NCBI GenBank assembly: GCA_051530055.1
Contig: CM121342.1
Location: 2,452,797-2,516,796, forward strand
Length of the DNA stretch: 64,000 nt
Origin: Neoechinorhynchus agilis
Lineage: Eukaryota; Animalia; Acanthocephala
Direction: 5' to 3'
Within the stretch, counting starts at the first letter, position 1. Every line of letters starts with the position of its first letter. Positions 60,235 to 64,000 of this stretch are shown piece by piece. The notes under the pieces were generated by a model. It ran no database searches and had not been told where the DNA came from. It was given only the letters and a program-made list of their open reading frames with translations. The position numbers and the translations under genes were made by a program.

Positions 60235-60704
60235 ATCATAATTCTTCAGTTGTTTTTGGTCAGGTTGACGTTTGGCCACCGATTTTCACCTTTAACATTT
60301 TTTGCATCAGTTTACGCCTTTCTGATTTAACTTTTAATTGCAATTGCGGTTTTTTAATATCTTTGGATTGAAATTTATTTGTTTTTGTTTTCTTACCTGA
60401 TATTATTTGTGCAATTCTTATTATTTTATACGAAGAATAGATTTTTATTGAAGTATGGGTAAATCATTTCTTGAAGAATGCTGTCGTCAATTACTTCGCC
60501 TGTTGTAATTGCATCTTTTTTAAATTCGATTTTTAAGTAATTTCGATTTTTACAATAGGTTTTTCGATGACGCATTTCAAATCTTCATTTTGATTTTTGC
60601 TTACTCTAATCGATCTTAATGGCATTAAAATTTTGTTTACGTTTAATCTAAATTTCTTCGCATATAATCCCTCGCTTCTGAAAACAATCTTTTATTTTTC
60701 CAAT

Positions 60705-62034
60705 CTACAATCGATGACCGGAAATCGCGTAATTGACTGCCGTCGCATAGAATGATTCGGTCCATGCATTTGAAATTGGATTATAGATAAGACCTTGGAC
60801 ATTCGTATCTTCTATTCCACCTTCAAAATTTAGTTTTTCAAAGAAAAGCCTCGTCGAAATGGGACTTACGTTTCTTAAACTCATGTTTAATTTCACTGGG
60901 TTTTAAAAACAATCGATGTTCATGGGCTCCTCGAGGTACAATATTAATAATGTATTCTGCCACTATTTTAGCTAAAACAAACGACGAAAGCGTTCGATTT
61001 ATCGTTGTTATAAAAATGAAACTCCGATGTTGTTTCATAAGTTCCGATGAAGTTTCGATAAATTTCTTGTAATCTGGAACATGTTCAATCACTTCAGATG
61101 CAATCACCGCATCGAATTTCTCTTCTTCTAGTTTGTTCTTCGAAGCTAATTCCTCGAGAGTCACTAAGAAAGGATATAAGGAAGTTAAGAAAGGTTTATT
61201 TTGATTGCTCTGAATTCTTAAGTTATCTGTACGCTTTATTTAGTAAATCTTTTAGCGAAAACGTTTCAATTCTGTTCTTGGAAATGAATTTCTATATAAT
61301 GAAAACTATGTATTTCGAACAAAAAGTAAAGTTGGAGATGTGGTGACAATAATCTCGGATAAAACATATTTTACTGAATCGAGATATCGTCATTCTCGCT
61401 AAATATTTCGCGATTCAGGTATAAAATCGTCACAACTCCAACTCGGTCATGACGAAGGATTTTTTCTCATCGAAAAAAGTTTTGAGAATTAAAACACTTA
61501 AAATGAAACCTCGCTCTCATTTAGTAGACTGACCGTTTAAATACGACACATTCTTGGCTTTTTTAAGTCCTTGTGATATCTGAAATTCTTGTTTTGCCTT
61601 TAAGGAATCAATTACCTCTTTTATCCGGTGGATAATCCATTGTAGTCGATTCCCCGAGACTATACACCGTCATACAGGATCGATGGCTGTTACATTATAT
61701 CCAAGATTGGATAATGCCTACTTGCATTTTGTTAACAAATTAAACCCGATCAAAGACTTACATTGCTTAAAAGTCCTCCACCGCAGCCTATATCCAATAA
61801 CTTGATTTTTTCTTTTTCTAGTCTTCCTCTTTCAAGTGTACTTGTAATCCACTTTACACGAAATGGATTCATCGCATGTAACGCCTTATACGTCCCCATG
61901 GGGTCGTCCCATTTGTTCCATTGCTTACGAAAAATTGCTACGTTATCGGGATTAATATCGGAAGCGAAATTTCGAATTCTATTCGAAAGAGACATAAAAC
62001 ACAAATATGATGGACGTAAAAGTTTTTGTAGCAT
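60705..62034 (-). CDS. COQ3: Ubiquinone biosynthesis O-methyltransferase, 5 exons, GT-AG
   Basis: W.DPMG.YKALHAMNPFR, LLDIGCGGGLLS, VTAIDP, FDAVIASEVIEHV, TTINRT..S, AEYIINIVPRGAH, YNP, NYA. Confidence 0.92.
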
Positions 62035-62730
62035 TCCGCTAAAATGAAGATCTGAAACAAATTACTTCAATTTGGACGGTGAAAATAAACAACGTTAACG
62101 AGAACCCTAGTTCAATCCATTGACTTTATAAAATGAAACTTTTCAGGAATGAGTAATGTCATTGTTTAGAAAGTTTGTCCTTATTACCTGAGATGGTTTT
62201 TATCCATTTCAAATAGACATATACAAATTTTTCGTTGATGGAATAAATCCAAAAGTCACTGGTAGGGAAACGTTTTAGTTTCATGAGTTTTGTATTTGAA
62301 AAATCGTTATTTTTTCTTGTAGCCTAGTGATCCCAAAAACTGCAAAATTCACGTTGCATAGAACATTTAACTACGTTGGAGCAAAAACAACGGAATTTTT
62401 TAGTGTTGCGCTCTTCTACTCTTATAAGCGAAACATAAAAGCGCAACGTTATTTAAGAGACAAAAATTGGTTGAATGATCTTTTAAATAAGCTGACCAAC
62501 TAAGTGATGTTTGATCTTTCAACGAATTTGCATGAATCCAATGCTCTATCCCATATTCGTCTATGAAGAAAAATTCCTTTGGTTCATGGATGAAATGAGT
62601 GTCTGTCGGTCAAATATTTGATTATAAGTAAATAATATTCTTACAATTTTTAAATTTCGATTTAACGCATTAAATTTTTGATTTTAAAAAAATAGAATAA
62701 TCGTATCGAGAAAATCCATTAGGATGATAA

Positions 62731-62900
62731 TTTTTGACTTGTGGTGAAGATAATCACCCGGTTAAAAATCATTTTACCCGAGTTTAAATGGTTGAAAACT
62801 TACAAGCAATGATTGATAAAATAAGATTTCCTCTTTAGAAATATTTCCTGATAATAAAATGATTTTTAACCCGGTGATTATCTTCACCACAGGCCAAAAA
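62731..62900. repeat. Hairpin of the hammerhead-palindrome family with decayed core
   Basis: Arms 62731-62776/62855-62900; loop has aaaacttacaagcaat, TTGATAA in place of CTGANGA, and GAAATATT. Confidence 0.7.
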
Positions 62901-63719
62901 TAGATTAGTGCACTGAAATTCCACTTTCTGTTCCTTCCTTAATCGCCATTGTTTTGGAAACAAAAGTCATCTAATAATCATCTTGGAAGATAATTTCTCA
63001 TTAAATAATTGTACTAAAAAAATAGAATTAATGGTTCTTCTTCGAGCCTTAAGAAAGGCGCCGTTAGAATAATGCGATTTTGTGTTATTATTCTTTAAAA
63101 ACTTCCACGTGCTCTTTTCGGTTATAAAAAGTGCTTTTATTTCCTGATGATCTAGCCGTTTTAAGTCAGGAAATTCTAATTTAAGTTAATGCTCAAACCG
63201 AAGTTTGTTGTTTATTTGAACCTTTTCGAATATTAAACCAGTCTAAACTGAAACTTCTCAATATCCGACGAGAATCTGCTTAAAGGGGACGTAATCATTG
63301 CTAATGGCATTCTCAACTAGTCTTAAAAATATCAATTTCTCTTTAGCATTTAAACGCACCTCATTTCTAAGCATTATTTTAAGATATATTTCCATTTTCG
63401 CATTGAAATTCGTTGAAATAAATTTTCGTCAAGATTTTTTCATAAAATGCTGTAATTAAAGACTTGTTTTTGGTTAATTCGTCCAAAATTCTGCACGAAA
63501 TCATACATTTTCTATTTTAAATTAATAAAACACTTAAAAAATATCTCAATTTAACAATCTGAATGATCATGAAAAGAATGAATTGTAAAATCTGATTAAA
63601 TATTCCAGATATATCTTAACATAGAAAAATGCTAATCTTCTATTTGTTCAGCTGAAAAGAGTAAATAATCACTCCTGTTACTCAAGGTTCATACATGAGT
63701 TACCTGTATGTTGTTCTTT

Positions 63720-64000
63720 CGTCTTTCGGCTAAGGGAAACTTCTTACGGGTATACGTCATTCAAGTGGAAGAAGTTGCCGCCACACACCTCCCCTCCAGT
63801 GTCGCCGCACCATGTTCCGTCCTGGAAACGTGCCGGTCTTTCGAGTTGAACCTCGGTGTGATGACGGCGTGTTGCTAGCAGCTGGGCCTGGTCAGGACGC
63901 TGACCAGGCCGGTCTCGTCGGGGTAAGGACAGCAGGGTATTGGAGGAGCAAGGCCTCGTGGCTGTTGCTGGTCAGGACGCTGACCAGTCCAGTCTCGTCG
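63720..64000 (-). mobile_element. GC-rich segment at window end, possibly a Gypsy pol remnant, with an 80 bp-period duplication
   Basis: Abrupt GC rise; minus-strand HEALLLQYPAVL resembles a Gypsy PR-RT linker; ctggtcaggacgctgaccag twice. Confidence 0.3.

Overview
AT-rich, gene-dense eukaryotic DNA, probably a compact animal genome (organism not identifiable from the sequence). Host genes: ATE1, DENND5-like, MRM2/FTSJ2, DNAJC17, membralin/TMEM259, PSMF1 (PI31), two tandem ornithine decarboxylase paralogs, a tetraspanin, COQ3 and a few orphans. Repeats and mobile DNA: a decayed APE-type LINE, three decayed Gypsy segments plus one near-complete circularly permuted Gypsy, Penelope-like fragments, four CRE-type (RLE) non-LTR fragments, a 12 x 337 bp array, a 58 bp satellite, a ~110 bp array and several fold-back elements. 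Main finding: DENND5, membralin and COQ3 use ordinary GT-AG/GC-AG introns, but ATE1 and both ODC paralogs are interrupted by sequences whose alignment-exact removal needs non-canonical junctions. Three of these follow an exon ending in TA and have base-paired ends in the same register (intron +1 pairs with -3), with a compensatory change between the ODC paralogs. This suggests a structure-guided, non-GT-AG splicing or excision system, or TA-targeting transposon-derived introns. Second finding: a family of short palindromic insertions sharing a CYTACAA motif and carrying intact or decayed minimal hammerhead ribozyme cores. All alignments were done by eye; no searches were run.
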